Of a DNA stretch of 64,000 bases, positions 38,713 through 49,956 are shown piece after piece. Every line of letters starts with the position of its first letter. Positions within the stretch are counted from its first letter, which is position 1. A program made the translations under genes and the position numbers. The notes under the pieces were generated by a model. That model made no database searches. It worked only from the letters and a program-made list of their open reading frames with translations, and was not told where the DNA came from. The DNA is from Sporomusa sp. GTDB lineage: Bacteria > Bacillota > Negativicutes > Sporomusales > Sporomusaceae. The stretch is taken from the NCBI RefSeq assembly GCF_035561155.1, contig NZ_DATMYD010000010.1, positions 2,873 through 66,872 of the forward strand. Direction: 5' to 3'.

Positions 38713-39462
38713 TTACACAATAAGACGCTTGGTCAGTAACCTAACTGCGAGCGGCATAAATACTATGGCAACCGCCAGCAGCACCCCGGCATGCACCAGC
38801 AGGCCGGGGTTTATGTTTCCTAAAGCCATGGCCCTGCACACCTCAACACTATGATAGATTGGATTAAACCAAGCCAGCACCTGCGCCCAGCCAGGCATAG
38901 AGTTTATCGGAAAAAATACGCCCGAAAACAGATAAGACGGTGTCAAGAATAAGGTGACATAATAATTGAATTTATCGATATTGTCAGTTATGCCAGTGTA
39001 ACATATCGCTAAGAGCGAAAACGTCAGACCGGGAATCACAAGAAACAGCGGAATCAAGATCGCCCACCAGGACTGAACCTGGCCAAGGACGGTAATTACT
39101 GTCAGGATGACCAACCCAAATAGCGTACTTTTAAAGGTGGCATACAAAATGTCACCGGCAACAATGTCGCGGACAGTCACCGGCCCGGCCAGCATGGCCT
39201 GGAAGGTCTTTTGATAGTGGAGCCTGATAAAACTGCCGTACGTACACTCAAAAGAGGCGGCAAACATGGCTGACGAGGCTACCATCCCGGGCGCTATATA
39301 TTGAATATACGACAGGCCATTTATATCCTGAACAAACGTCCCCAGACCATAGCCCATTGCGGTAAGGTATAGCAGTGGCTCAATAAAATTAAACATAATA
39401 TTTGTAAACCATATCTTGCGAAATACCGCCATATGGCGGTAGAAAATTTTCAGCATCGCCAT
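38713..39462 (-). CDS. ABC-2 type permease (NodJ-like)
   Basis: YIAPG, FSGVFFP, NPIYH; 6 TMs. Confidence 0.9.
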   Translation of the reverse strand: MAMLKIFYRHMAVFRKIWFTNIMFNFIEPLLYLTAMGYGLGTFVQDINGLSYIQYIAPGMVASSAMFAASFECTYGSFIRLHYQKTFQAMLAGPVTVRDIVAGDILYATFKSTLFGLVILTVITVLGQVQSWWAILIPLFLVIPGLTFSLLAICYTGITDNIDKFNYYVTLFLTPSYLFSGVFFPINSMPGWAQVLAWFNPIYHSVEVCRAMALGNINPGLLVHAGVLLAVAIVFMPLAVRLLTKRLIV

Positions 39463-40391
39463 TACTCTTCTTTCCCCATGCCGGTAAGTTTTAAGAACAC
39501 GTCTTCAAGATTAGCTGGACGCAACAGACAGGCCTGCTTGGGCAGCCCCCACTCATCCAGACGATGCCACAGCGCTTCACCGTCGGCGGCGTATAAAAAG
39601 AGGCCGTCAACCACCCGGATTGCTTCGCCGCCCCAGGCCGTTACTTTAGCCTCTACGTCGTCAGGCACTTGAGCTAGCGGCAAATGCACTTCAACCACGT
39701 AGGGCAGGACACAGCGTTCTATCAACTCACGCGGGCTGCCCTCATCAAGAATAATGCCTTCATGCATAATAACTAATCGGTCACATAACTGCACTGCCTC
39801 TTCCATATAGTGGGTAGTCAGAATAAGGGTAACCCCTTCAGCTTTGAGGCTCCTCAGTTTTTGCCACACTAAATGACGGGCCTGGGGGTCAAGTCCGGTA
39901 GTTGGCTCGTCTAAGATGACAATCTCCGGACTGTTCATCAGCGCCCGGGCAATCACCAAACGCCGTTTTAGACCACCTGACAAACTCTCGATATCACTGT
40001 TTTCCTTGTCTTCCAATCCCATGAAGCCGAGCAATTCCTTCCCGCGTGCCCGGGACTCGACGCGGTCTAAACCGTAAACTACGCCATATACCTCCAAATT
40101 TTCAATGACTGTCAAATCATCATCAAGATTATCCTCCTGCGGAACAACGCCCAATCTGCCTTTAATTGCAGGCGGCGTCAGCCTGATGGGCTGTTCAAAC
40201 AGCCACAGTCCGCCTTCTTCAACAGTAGACATGCCATACATCATGCGCATTGTCGTTGTCTTACCGGCGCCGTTATGACCTAAGAAGCCGAAACACTGTC
40301 CAGCCTCTATCGTGAATGAGATCCCTTTAAGTGCCCGAAAATCGCCATATGTTTTGCCAAGGTTTTCAGCGCGAACAACAGTTGTGTTCAT
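39462..40391 (-). CDS. ABC-2 ATP-binding protein (NodI-like)
   Basis: GHNGAGKTT, LSGGLKRR, LDEPTTGLD; ATG at 40391 after AAGGAG. Confidence 0.93.
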   Translation of the reverse strand: MNTTVVRAENLGKTYGDFRALKGISFTIEAGQCFGFLGHNGAGKTTTMRMMYGMSTVEEGGLWLFEQPIRLTPPAIKGRLGVVPQEDNLDDDLTVIENLEVYGVVYGLDRVESRARGKELLGFMGLEDKENSDIESLSGGLKRRLVIARALMNSPEIVILDEPTTGLDPQARHLVWQKLRSLKAEGVTLILTTHYMEEAVQLCDRLVIMHEGIILDEGSPRELIERCVLPYVVEVHLPLAQVPDDVEAKVTAWGGEAIRVVDGLFLYAADGEALWHRLDEWGLPKQACLLRPANLEDVFLKLTGMGKEE

Positions 40392-40410
40392 AGTATCTCC
40401 TTTCGCTAAC

Positions 40411-40454
40411 GAAAACACGGCTTTCGCAATACCCCTATCGAAGGCGAGAAGCCG
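40411..40454. repeat. Partial third copy of the GAAAACACGGCTT...AAGCCG repeat
   Basis: gaaaacacggctttcgc...ggcgagaagccg. Confidence 0.7.
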
Positions 40455-40537
40455 AAGAAAAAACAACAAGAGCAGTTGTATCTATATGATACCACTGCTC
40501 TTGCAAAATTTCACCATACTATAAATATATATACCCA

Positions 40538-42208
40538 TCACTCTACATCAACATACGAATCCATGGCGCCACCAGGTGCAATCATGGGTGAAACCAGGTC
40601 GTCGGTAGCAATATTGGCGATAATCATCGATGGCCCCGGCCGTTGCCACGCTGCGGCAAACGCCTGACTAAACTCGTCCGGGCTGTTCGTTACTGTCGCT
40701 GGAATGCCAAAAGCGCTGGCAAAAGCGGTAAAGTCCATCGGGACAGGTAAGAGCGAGGCCGAGTAGCGTTTATTAAAAAAACAATGCTGTAGCTGCCTAA
40801 CCATCCCTAGACTGTTGTTGTTGATAACAATCGAGATAATCGGCAGTCCCTCTGCAGAAACGGTGTAAAGCTCACAACCCGTCATTTTCAGGGCACCGTC
40901 GCCGACAATATGAACTACCCGCTTATCCGGCCTTGAAAGCTGCGCCCCGAGGGCTGCCGGCAAGCCAAACCCCATCGCGCCCAAACCGCCTGAGGTCAGG
41001 AAACCGCGAGGACTGTTTACAGCCAGTTTCTGCGCCGCCCACATCTGATGCTGGCCGACATCGGTAACATAGATTACCTCTTTACCGTTCAGTTGGCGGT
41101 TCAATTCACTCATGACCCAGGGAGCCGAAAACTCATCCCCGTCAGCAGGCGTGTTATACACCGCCTGACACTCCCTGATCGTTTCCCACCAGGCCGACAA
41201 GTCCCCTGGCCGTACAGTCTGAGTGAGCTCTGCGAGAATATTATTCATTTCACCGACTAGCGGTACAGCCGCATCGACATTTTTATGCACTTCTGCCGGA
41301 TCAATATCGATATGGATGATGATCTTGCCATCGGCATAGCGGGCGCGGTCGCCTGTTACCCGATCATTAAACCTGCTGCCAGTAACAATAAGCACATCTG
41401 CTGCGTGCACGGCATGATTCGCCTGCTTAAGTCCATGCAGTCCTGTCATCCCCAAGAGATTGGGGTGATTGCCGGGCATTGCGCCAATTCCCATGAGAGT
41501 AGTCACTACCGGCAGGCCGCACTGCTCAGAAAATCTAATCAGCTCTTGGCCGGCATTGGCGTTAATACAACCGCCCCCGGCGATAATAACTGGGCGCTGG
41601 GCAGCGCTGATAGCGGCTGCCGCTTTTGTGATCAGCGCCGGTAAATCAGGAGCTTGCCTGACAAGCATCTGCCTGGGATACTCGGCGTCAATATCGGTAA
41701 AATCATGCTTATTGGTCTGGATATCACGCGGTATGTCAACAAGTACCGGGCCAGGCCGCCCGGACTGGGCTATGTTAAAGGCACGCCGGAGGGTTTCCGG
41801 TAGCTTACTGATATCCCTGACCAAGAAGTTGTGCTTGGTAATCGGCATAGTAATCCCGGTAATATCAATCTCCTGGAAAGCATCCCGGCCAATCAGATTT
41901 GTTTGCACTTGACCGGTAATGGCCACTACCGGCACTGAATCCATAAAGGCCGCCGCCAAACCTGTAACCAAGTTAGTGGCTCCCGGGCCGGATGTAGCAA
42001 TACACACCCCCACCCTGCCACTGGCTCTTGCGTAGCCATCAGCGGCATGGGCGGCTCCCTGCTCATGCACTGTCAGCACATGGCGAACAGGCGAGCCGTA
42101 CAACGCGTCGTACAGCGGCAAAATTGTTCCGCCCGGATACCCAAATACCGTGTCTACGCCCTGTTTACTCAGACACTCGACAATAGCTTGTGCACCTGTC
42201 ATGAGCAT
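40538..42208 (-). CDS. ilvB: Acetolactate synthase large subunit
   Basis: FGYPGG, HEQGAAH, TSGPGATN, DVGQHQMW, GDG...NN. Confidence 0.96.
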   Translation of the reverse strand: MLMTGAQAIVECLSKQGVDTVFGYPGGTILPLYDALYGSPVRHVLTVHEQGAAHAADGYARASGRVGVCIATSGPGATNLVTGLAAAFMDSVPVVAITGQVQTNLIGRDAFQEIDITGITMPITKHNFLVRDISKLPETLRRAFNIAQSGRPGPVLVDIPRDIQTNKHDFTDIDAEYPRQMLVRQAPDLPALITKAAAAISAAQRPVIIAGGGCINANAGQELIRFSEQCGLPVVTTLMGIGAMPGNHPNLLGMTGLHGLKQANHAVHAADVLIVTGSRFNDRVTGDRARYADGKIIIHIDIDPAEVHKNVDAAVPLVGEMNNILAELTQTVRPGDLSAWWETIRECQAVYNTPADGDEFSAPWVMSELNRQLNGKEVIYVTDVGQHQMWAAQKLAVNSPRGFLTSGGLGAMGFGLPAALGAQLSRPDKRVVHIVGDGALKMTGCELYTVSAEGLPIISIVINNNSLGMVRQLQHCFFNKRYSASLLPVPMDFTAFASAFGIPATVTNSPDEFSQAFAAAWQRPGPSMIIANIATDDLVSPMIAPGGAMDSYVDVE

Positions 42209-42214
42209 AGTTGA

Positions 42215-43288
42215 TCACCTCAATCTGGCGATTACTTGCCGACCCATTTCGTCGGTCGACACCTTGGTAAAGCCTTGCTGATAAATATCTGCTGTACGAT
42301 AACCATCGTTCAAGACTTGTTCAACTGCTTGTTCAATCATAACAGCTGCTTGCTCATTGCTGAGCGAATACCTAAACAACATCGCGGCCGACAGTATTGT
42401 TCCCAATGGGTTAGCAATCCCTTTGCCGGCAATATCCGGTGCCGAACCGTGAATTGGCTCATAAAGTCCAGTACCATCGCCTAAACTAGCTGATGGCAAC
42501 AATCCAATCGAACCTGACAGCACGGCGGCCTCATCGCTTAAAATATCACCAAATAGATTGCCGGTAACAATTACGTCAAAACTGCCCGGATTCAATACCA
42601 ACTGCATCGCGCAGTTATCAACATACATATGGCTTAGTTCAACTTGCTCAAAGTCCTGCGCTACTTCAACAGCCACTTTGCGCCATAAACGGGAGGTTGC
42701 CAACACATTGGCTTTGTCGACTGACATCACCTTGCCTTTGCGGCTTATGGCCGCCCGGCAGGCCAGCCGGACAATACGCTCAACCTCTGGCCGACTGTAG
42801 ATTTCGCTGTCACACGCCTGTTCAACCCCGTTAATCACGGTTGCCTCCTGGCGGGCGCCATAGTAGATGCCGCCATTAAGTTCCCTGACAATCAGGATAT
42901 CCACCGTGCTGACAATCTCGGGTTTTAACGGCGACTGCCCGGCCAGCGCGGGAAAAACTTTGACAGGCCGTAGATTTGCATATAATCCAAGAGCCTTACG
43001 CAATCCCAAGATAGCCTTTTCGGCTCTGAGCTCAGGTGCGACATTATCCCATTTAGGACCGCCGACAGCGCCTAAAAGCACGCCATCAGCCCGGCGGCAC
43101 GCCTCGATAGTATCTTCAGGGAGCGGTACGCCATACGCATCAATAGCTGCCCCGCCTGCTTGCTTTGTTTCGTAGGTAAAACTAAAACCGCATTTATCGG
43201 CTGCCGCCTGCGCCACACTTAACGCTGCAGCTGTGATCTCGGCACCAATTCCATCGCCGGGAATAATGACAATGTTTTTGTTACTCAT
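42215..43288 (-). CDS. leuB: 3-isopropylmalate dehydrogenase
   Basis: [37 protein letters not shown]. Confidence 0.97.
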   Translation of the reverse strand: MSNKNIVIIPGDGIGAEITAAALSVAQAAADKCGFSFTYETKQAGGAAIDAYGVPLPEDTIEACRRADGVLLGAVGGPKWDNVAPELRAEKAILGLRKALGLYANLRPVKVFPALAGQSPLKPEIVSTVDILIVRELNGGIYYGARQEATVINGVEQACDSEIYSRPEVERIVRLACRAAISRKGKVMSVDKANVLATSRLWRKVAVEVAQDFEQVELSHMYVDNCAMQLVLNPGSFDVIVTGNLFGDILSDEAAVLSGSIGLLPSASLGDGTGLYEPIHGSAPDIAGKGIANPLGTILSAAMLFRYSLSNEQAAVMIEQAVEQVLNDGYRTADIYQQGFTKVSTDEMGRQVIARLR

Positions 43289-43793
43289 GATTACCCTCCT
43301 TGGTGGCAAGCAGTTGGCGGGTGTAATTGACCAAGCCCCCGGCCTGAGCAATCTCCTGGATAAAGCCAGGCAGCGAAGGCACAACAAAGGTTTCGCCAGT
43401 CGCTAAGTTTTTGGCTGTTCCGCCGTCTAGGTCTACTGCCAGGGTATCTCCAGCTTTAATATTAATATCGCCTTCCCCTAGTTCAATCAGCGGCAGACCG
43501 ATATTAATCGCATTACGGTAAAAGATGCGGGCAAAGCTTTCGGCTACCACACAGGCAATCCCTGCAGCTTTCAAAGCGCCTGGAGCATGTTCCCGCGACG
43601 AACCACAGCCAAAGTTTTTGCCAGCCACAATGATATCGCCCTCTTGTACCTTACCGGCAAAGGAAGGGTCAATGTCTTCCATGGCATGAGCGGCCAGTTC
43701 CTTCATATTCGCGGTATTTAAATAACGGGCCGGTATAATAACATCGGTATCTACATTATCACCGTAGCGCCATACTTTTCCTGAAAATTGCAT
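43281..43793 (-). CDS. leuD: 3-isopropylmalate dehydratase small subunit
   Basis: [25 protein letters not shown]. Confidence 0.96.
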   Translation of the reverse strand: MQFSGKVWRYGDNVDTDVIIPARYLNTANMKELAAHAMEDIDPSFAGKVQEGDIIVAGKNFGCGSSREHAPGALKAAGIACVVAESFARIFYRNAINIGLPLIELGEGDINIKAGDTLAVDLDGGTAKNLATGETFVVPSLPGFIQEIAQAGGLVNYTRQLLATKEGNHE

Positions 43794-45058
43794 TATGCTA
43801 CCTCCTCAGGCCCGGCAATCCGCCCTAACACGGCACTTGCCGCCGCCACAGCCGGGCTGGCCAGATATACTTCACTATCAACATGCCCCATCCGTCCACG
43901 GAAATTGCGATTGGTCGTCGCTACGGCCCGCTCGCCTTTGGCCAGGATACCCATATGTCCCCCCAGGCAAGGACCACAGGTTGGCGTACTGACGACTGCG
44001 CCGGCTTTGACAAAGGTCTCGACATAGCCCAGTTTTACGGCTTCGAGGTACACGTCCTGGCTACCGGGGATAATGATTGCCCGGACATCGTCATGAACCT
44101 GGCGTCCGTTCAAAATGGCGGCCGCCTGCTCCAAATCTTCAATACGTCCGTTAGTACAGGAACCGATAATCACCTGGTTGATGGGTGTGGGCTCTATATC
44201 ACTCACCGGGCGCACGTTTTCCGGCAGATGCGGCAGCGCCACCACCGGCGTGAGCTGGCTTAAGTTAATTGCAACTGTCCGTACATACTCAGCATCTGGA
44301 TCAGCGGCCACTGGTGTGTAAGCCCGCTTAACCCGCCCGGATAAATACTGCTCTGTAACAGCATCCACCGGGAATATGCCGTTTTTGGCTCCCGCCTCGA
44401 TGGCCATATTGGCAATCGTGAGACGATCCGTCATAGTGAGGGCTGCTACGCCTTCGCCAGCAAACTCCAGCGACTGGTAGCGTGCGCCGTCAACGCCAAT
44501 CATGCCGATAAGCTTCAATATTACATCTTTACCTGATACCCATTTAGCCAGCTTGCCTGTCAGTTCAACCTTGATGCTGGCCGGGACTTTAAACCACGTT
44601 TCACCAGTTGCCATAGCGCAAGCCATGTCGGTCGAACCAACGCCGGTCGCAAAAGCACCGACAGCCCCGTAGGTACAGGTATGGGAGTCTGCGCCGATAA
44701 TCACCTCGCCGGGAGCGACCAACCCCTGCTCTGGCAGTAGCACATGCTCAATGCCCATCCGCCCCACTTCAAAATAGTGAGTAATATTATGCTTCCTGGC
44801 AAATTCGCGCATTGTTTTAGCCATTTCGGCTGATTTAATGTCTTTATTAGGCGTAAAGTGGTCTGGTACTAAGGCAATTTTATCTTTATCAAACACTTTA
44901 TCGCTAATCTGCTCAAACTCTTTAATGGCCGGCGGTGCTGTGATGTCATTGCCAAGCACCAAATCAAGCTTGGCTTTGATAAGCTCGCCTGGGGAAACTT
45001 CACTTAGACCGGCATGTGCGGCAAATATTTTTTCAGTCATCGTCATAGGTCTAGCCAT
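43793..45058 (-). CDS. leuC: 3-isopropylmalate dehydratase large subunit
   Basis: [25 protein letters not shown]. Confidence 0.96.
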   Translation of the reverse strand: MARPMTMTEKIFAAHAGLSEVSPGELIKAKLDLVLGNDITAPPAIKEFEQISDKVFDKDKIALVPDHFTPNKDIKSAEMAKTMREFARKHNITHYFEVGRMGIEHVLLPEQGLVAPGEVIIGADSHTCTYGAVGAFATGVGSTDMACAMATGETWFKVPASIKVELTGKLAKWVSGKDVILKLIGMIGVDGARYQSLEFAGEGVAALTMTDRLTIANMAIEAGAKNGIFPVDAVTEQYLSGRVKRAYTPVAADPDAEYVRTVAINLSQLTPVVALPHLPENVRPVSDIEPTPINQVIIGSCTNGRIEDLEQAAAILNGRQVHDDVRAIIIPGSQDVYLEAVKLGYVETFVKAGAVVSTPTCGPCLGGHMGILAKGERAVATTNRNFRGRMGHVDSEVYLASPAVAAASAVLGRIAGPEEVA

Positions 45059-45063
45059 AGTTG

Positions 45064-46608
45064 TTACCTCCCTGCAGCCTGCTCAATTGCGGGAAATCCG
45101 CATACAGCCAGCATTTTATTTATTGCGTTGACATACGCTTTGGCACTTGCTTCAATAACGTCGGTTGAGAGACCCCGACCGCTGAAGGTACGGCCATCAC
45201 GCTCAATCCATACAGTTGACTCCCCAAGCGCATCCTCGCCAGCCGTTACTGCCTTAAGCTGGTAATCGTGGAGACCAACGGAAAAACCAACAGCCTGCTC
45301 AATCGCTTTAAACGCTGCATCTACCGGGCCATCACCGCAGCTTGCAGCTTCACATATTCCAGCGCTTGTTTTAAGCTGCACTGAGGCAGTAGCCAGTGTC
45401 TGATTGCCGCTAACTACATGGTGATAAGCGAGCGTATACCATTCTGGCCGTACGGTAGCTTTTTCCACAATGAGTGCTTCAATATCTTTGTCAAATACCA
45501 TCTTTTTGCGATCAGCCAGATCCTTGAACTTAATAAACAGATTGTTGATGGTTTCGGCGTCGATTTCATAACCCAAATGTTTAAGGCGTTCTTCAAAGGC
45601 ATGACGGCCTGAATGTTTTCCAAGCACAATGGCGTTACGGCTGACACCGACCGTTTCCGGGCTTATAATTTCATAAGTCAGCGGATTATTAAGGACGCCG
45701 TGTTGGTGAATACCAGATTCATGAGCAAATGCATTGTCCCCGACTACCGCTTTATTAGGCGGTACGGCAATGCCTGTCAAGGTGCTGACAAGGCGAGACG
45801 TCCGGTAAATCTGCTGTGTATTAATATTAGATATGGCGCGATAATACTCACGGCGGGTATTTATCGCCATAACCACTTCTTCCAGCGCAGCATTACCTGC
45901 CCGTTCACCCAGACCGTTAATTGTGCATTCCACCTGGTCGGCGCCTGCTGCCACAGCAGCCAGCGAATTGGCCACCGCCATACCTAGGTCGTCATGACAG
46001 TGTACGCTGATCGTGGCCTGACTGATGTTAGGCACATGCTCACGAATATAAGTGATAAGTGCACCAAACTCCATCGGTGTTGTATAGCCCACTGTGTCAG
46101 GAACATTAATGACATTAGCTCCAGCCTCAATTGCCTTGGTAAATACCTGGCACAGGAAATCCCTGTCAGAGCGGGATGCGTCTTCCGCCGAGAACTCGAT
46201 ATCAGCTGTCAGACTCTTAGCATAGCGCACAGCCTGTTCGACACGCTCTAAAAGCTGAGCCCGGGTCATTTTTAATTTGTGTTCAAGATGAATATCGCTT
46301 GTGGCAATGAAAGTATGTATCCGCGGCCTTTCAGCCAATTTAATGGCCTGATAAGCAGTAGCTATGTCTTTTTCATTGGCGCGGGCCAGAGCTGCAATTA
46401 CCGGGCCTTTTACCCTGGCGGCAATCTGGCTCACGGCGTCGAAATCGCCAGGCGAGGCAACCGGAAATCCGGCTTCAATGACATCCACCTGTAGTTTGGC
46501 CAGCGCTAGCGCAATCTCCACCTTTTCTTCTGTTTGCAGACTGACTCCTGGCGTCTGCTCGCCATCCCGGAGGGTAGTATCAAATATTTGAATTCTCCGA
46601 ATTTCCAT
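45064..46608 (-). CDS. leuA: 2-isopropylmalate synthase
   Basis: [29 protein letters not shown], regulatory domain GDGPVDA. Confidence 0.97.
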   Translation of the reverse strand: MEIRRIQIFDTTLRDGEQTPGVSLQTEEKVEIALALAKLQVDVIEAGFPVASPGDFDAVSQIAARVKGPVIAALARANEKDIATAYQAIKLAERPRIHTFIATSDIHLEHKLKMTRAQLLERVEQAVRYAKSLTADIEFSAEDASRSDRDFLCQVFTKAIEAGANVINVPDTVGYTTPMEFGALITYIREHVPNISQATISVHCHDDLGMAVANSLAAVAAGADQVECTINGLGERAGNAALEEVVMAINTRREYYRAISNINTQQIYRTSRLVSTLTGIAVPPNKAVVGDNAFAHESGIHQHGVLNNPLTYEIISPETVGVSRNAIVLGKHSGRHAFEERLKHLGYEIDAETINNLFIKFKDLADRKKMVFDKDIEALIVEKATVRPEWYTLAYHHVVSGNQTLATASVQLKTSAGICEAASCGDGPVDAAFKAIEQAVGFSVGLHDYQLKAVTAGEDALGESTVWIERDGRTFSGRGLSTDVIEASAKAYVNAINKMLAVCGFPAIEQAAGR

Positions 46609-46641
46609 GTCATTACCTCGCTTTCATTAATAATTGACTCA

Positions 46642-46735
46642 CGGGGACGGTTCTCTTGAGTCACTTGTCGGTGATTAAGGGACGGTTCCCTGACTTATTG
46701 GTTTCAGGCAATTATTAAGTCACCGGAACCGTCCC
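46642..46735. repeat. Cluster of GGGACGGTTC REP-like motifs (two direct, one inverted)
   Basis: ggggacggttc at about 46643 and 46678; gaaccgtccc at about 46726. Confidence 0.7.
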
Positions 46736-46776
46736 ACTTTACTTACTCGATCCTGAGATCCCAAGTCCCAGGTAAT

Positions 46777-48277
<1,501 letters not shown>

Positions 48278-48345
48278 AATTACCACCTCCACTTTCATTA
48301 AGATGATTAAATGCCTAGATGCTAGCACATTTACCATCATCTGAG

Positions 48346-48600
48346 AAAAATAAAAACACCCCTATGGCAGATTCGAATCTGTCATAGGGGCGCCTAAACG
48401 CGCGGTACCACCCTACTTTGGGCTCATTCCCGGATAACGGACGGGCCGCTTTGGCTTAAAACATACTGCATCACACGGTATGTGCTCGGCAAAAGAGTTC
48501 CTGGGCGACGTAACGGCTCACATTCCTGCACCGGTTCACACCAACCACCGGCATCTCTGAGCAGGTTTTACACGCAAGCTTTAATCCCAGTCATTACTTT
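48346..48600 (-). promoter_or_regulatory. T-box riboswitch (branched-chain amino acid; apparent specifier GUC, Val)
   Basis: AGAGA/GGTG boxes; AAGTAGGGTGGTACCGCG (48401-48418); terminator ccctatgacag/ctgccataggg plus U-run. Confidence 0.9.
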
Positions 48601-48667
48601 TTACATTATTTTCCTGTTAAAAGTTACAAAAATGCCCTGCGAAAAAGTTTTACTTAATAAAAAGTAA

Positions 48668-48774
48668 GAAACTTTCCGCAGAGCCTTTTATACTCACGGT
48701 GTAACACGGTATCTGCCGTGTTTTGCATCGCTCGGCCCAGTCCTGTTAAACAGCGGAACCCTAGACGCACTTCC
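48668..48774 (-). ncRNA. ykkC subtype 2a (ppGpp-type) riboswitch aptamer
   Basis: GGAAGTGCGTCTAGGGTTCCG...CCGAGCG...ACACCGTGAGTATAAAAGGCTCTGCGGAAAGTTTC; P0 pairing; overlapping terminator at about 48628-48685. Confidence 0.88.
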
Positions 48775-48799
48775 TTACGCGATATGTAACTTTGTATAC

Positions 48800-48829
48800 A
48801 TTATGCCAGGCACAGTTGTACTTTGTCAA
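48800..48829 (-). promoter_or_regulatory. SigA promoter of the ilv-leu leader
   Basis: TTGACA-18 nt-CATAAT with upstream TG. Confidence 0.7.
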
Positions 48830-48883
48830 GAGGTTTTTTTTAAATTAAATACTCGCTTAGTGTTCTTCCAGATATTCTTCGAG

Positions 48884-49807
48884 TTAACGCCTTGTGGGGT
48901 AGCCTTCAACATCGCCTTGAACAGTAACAGCCAACGAACCAATTGCATTACCGCGAATGACCGACTGCTTCAGGCTTAGACCTTCGAGCAAAGCTGATAA
49001 TACGCCTACGGCAAAACCATCACCGGCTCCCACAGTATCTACAACCCTACGCACCGGAAAACCTTTCGCGTAGCCAGTTTCGACCGTCTCCTCGCCTTCG
49101 CGGTGAGAATAAAAGGCGCCGTCCGGTCCGTCTTTCATAACGATGTAACGGTTACCCGCAGCATGAAAATATTGCTGAACCTGATCCCAGTCGCCTGTCC
49201 CGATCAAGACTTCAGCTTCTTTACGTCCGGGCATAATCAGGTCTGACAGATTTGCCAGCTTGAGTAAAGTCTCTCTGGCTTGTTCTTTGCTCCATAGTTT
49301 CAGCCTGATGTTAGGGTCAAAGGTTACTAATGCCCCTTGTTTTTTTGCAATGCTTATTGCCTTAAGCAACGTTTCCAGACACTTTTCGCTAAGTGCCGGA
49401 AAGATTCCGGTTACATGTAGAATTTTAGTTTCAACAAAATAGCTTTCATCCACCATATCGGGAGTAATATGACTGGCTGCCGAACCCCGCCGGTAATAAA
49501 ACACCTTAGGATCGCCGATTTCGTTACGTTCTTTGATCAGCATGCCTGTCGGATATTCGGGCAGTATCTGTACACGGGAAGTGTCGACTCCTTCACCACG
49601 AATGGTGTTCCGGATATAGGTGCCAAACGGATCGTCGCCAATTGCGCTGATCCAGCCGACATCGTGGCCCAGCCGTGCCAGGCCAATGGCAACATTAGAT
49701 TCTGCTCCGGCAATTTTCCGCGAATAACTTGTAACAAACTGCAAGGAATCACTCTGGTCAGCGACCATCATGACCATACTTTCACCAAGTGTTATGATTT
49801 GCGGCAA
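48884..49807 (-). CDS. kdgK: 2-keto-3-deoxygluconate kinase-like PfkB sugar kinase (C-terminus clipped by an in-frame TAA)
   Basis: GAESNVAIGLARLG, YYRRGSAAS, FDPNIRLKLW, DTVGAGDGF; TTG start after GGGAGG. Confidence 0.85.
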   Translation of the reverse strand: MPQIITLGESMVMMVADQSDSLQFVTSYSRKIAGAESNVAIGLARLGHDVGWISAIGDDPFGTYIRNTIRGEGVDTSRVQILPEYPTGMLIKERNEIGDPKVFYYRRGSAASHITPDMVDESYFVETKILHVTGIFPALSEKCLETLLKAISIAKKQGALVTFDPNIRLKLWSKEQARETLLKLANLSDLIMPGRKEAEVLIGTGDWDQVQQYFHAAGNRYIVMKDGPDGAFYSHREGEETVETGYAKGFPVRRVVDTVGAGDGFAVGVLSALLEGLSLKQSVIRGNAIGSLAVTVQGDVEGYPTRR

Positions 49808-49860
49808 TGGTATTCCTCCCTTTCGCGTCATGCGAATATACAATTCTACACCATTTGCAC

Positions 49861-49889
49861 AAAGACCTGCGAGCTAGCCGCAGGTCTTT
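49861..49889. terminator. Hairpin separating the flavoprotein gene from kdgK
   Basis: aaagacctgcg / cgcaggtcttt. Confidence 0.7.
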
Positions 49890-49956
49890 ACATATTTACA
49901 GATATTTTAGGCAAAAGTGACTGTTAATCACAAGACTAAGCAGGGCTAAGCTGTTA

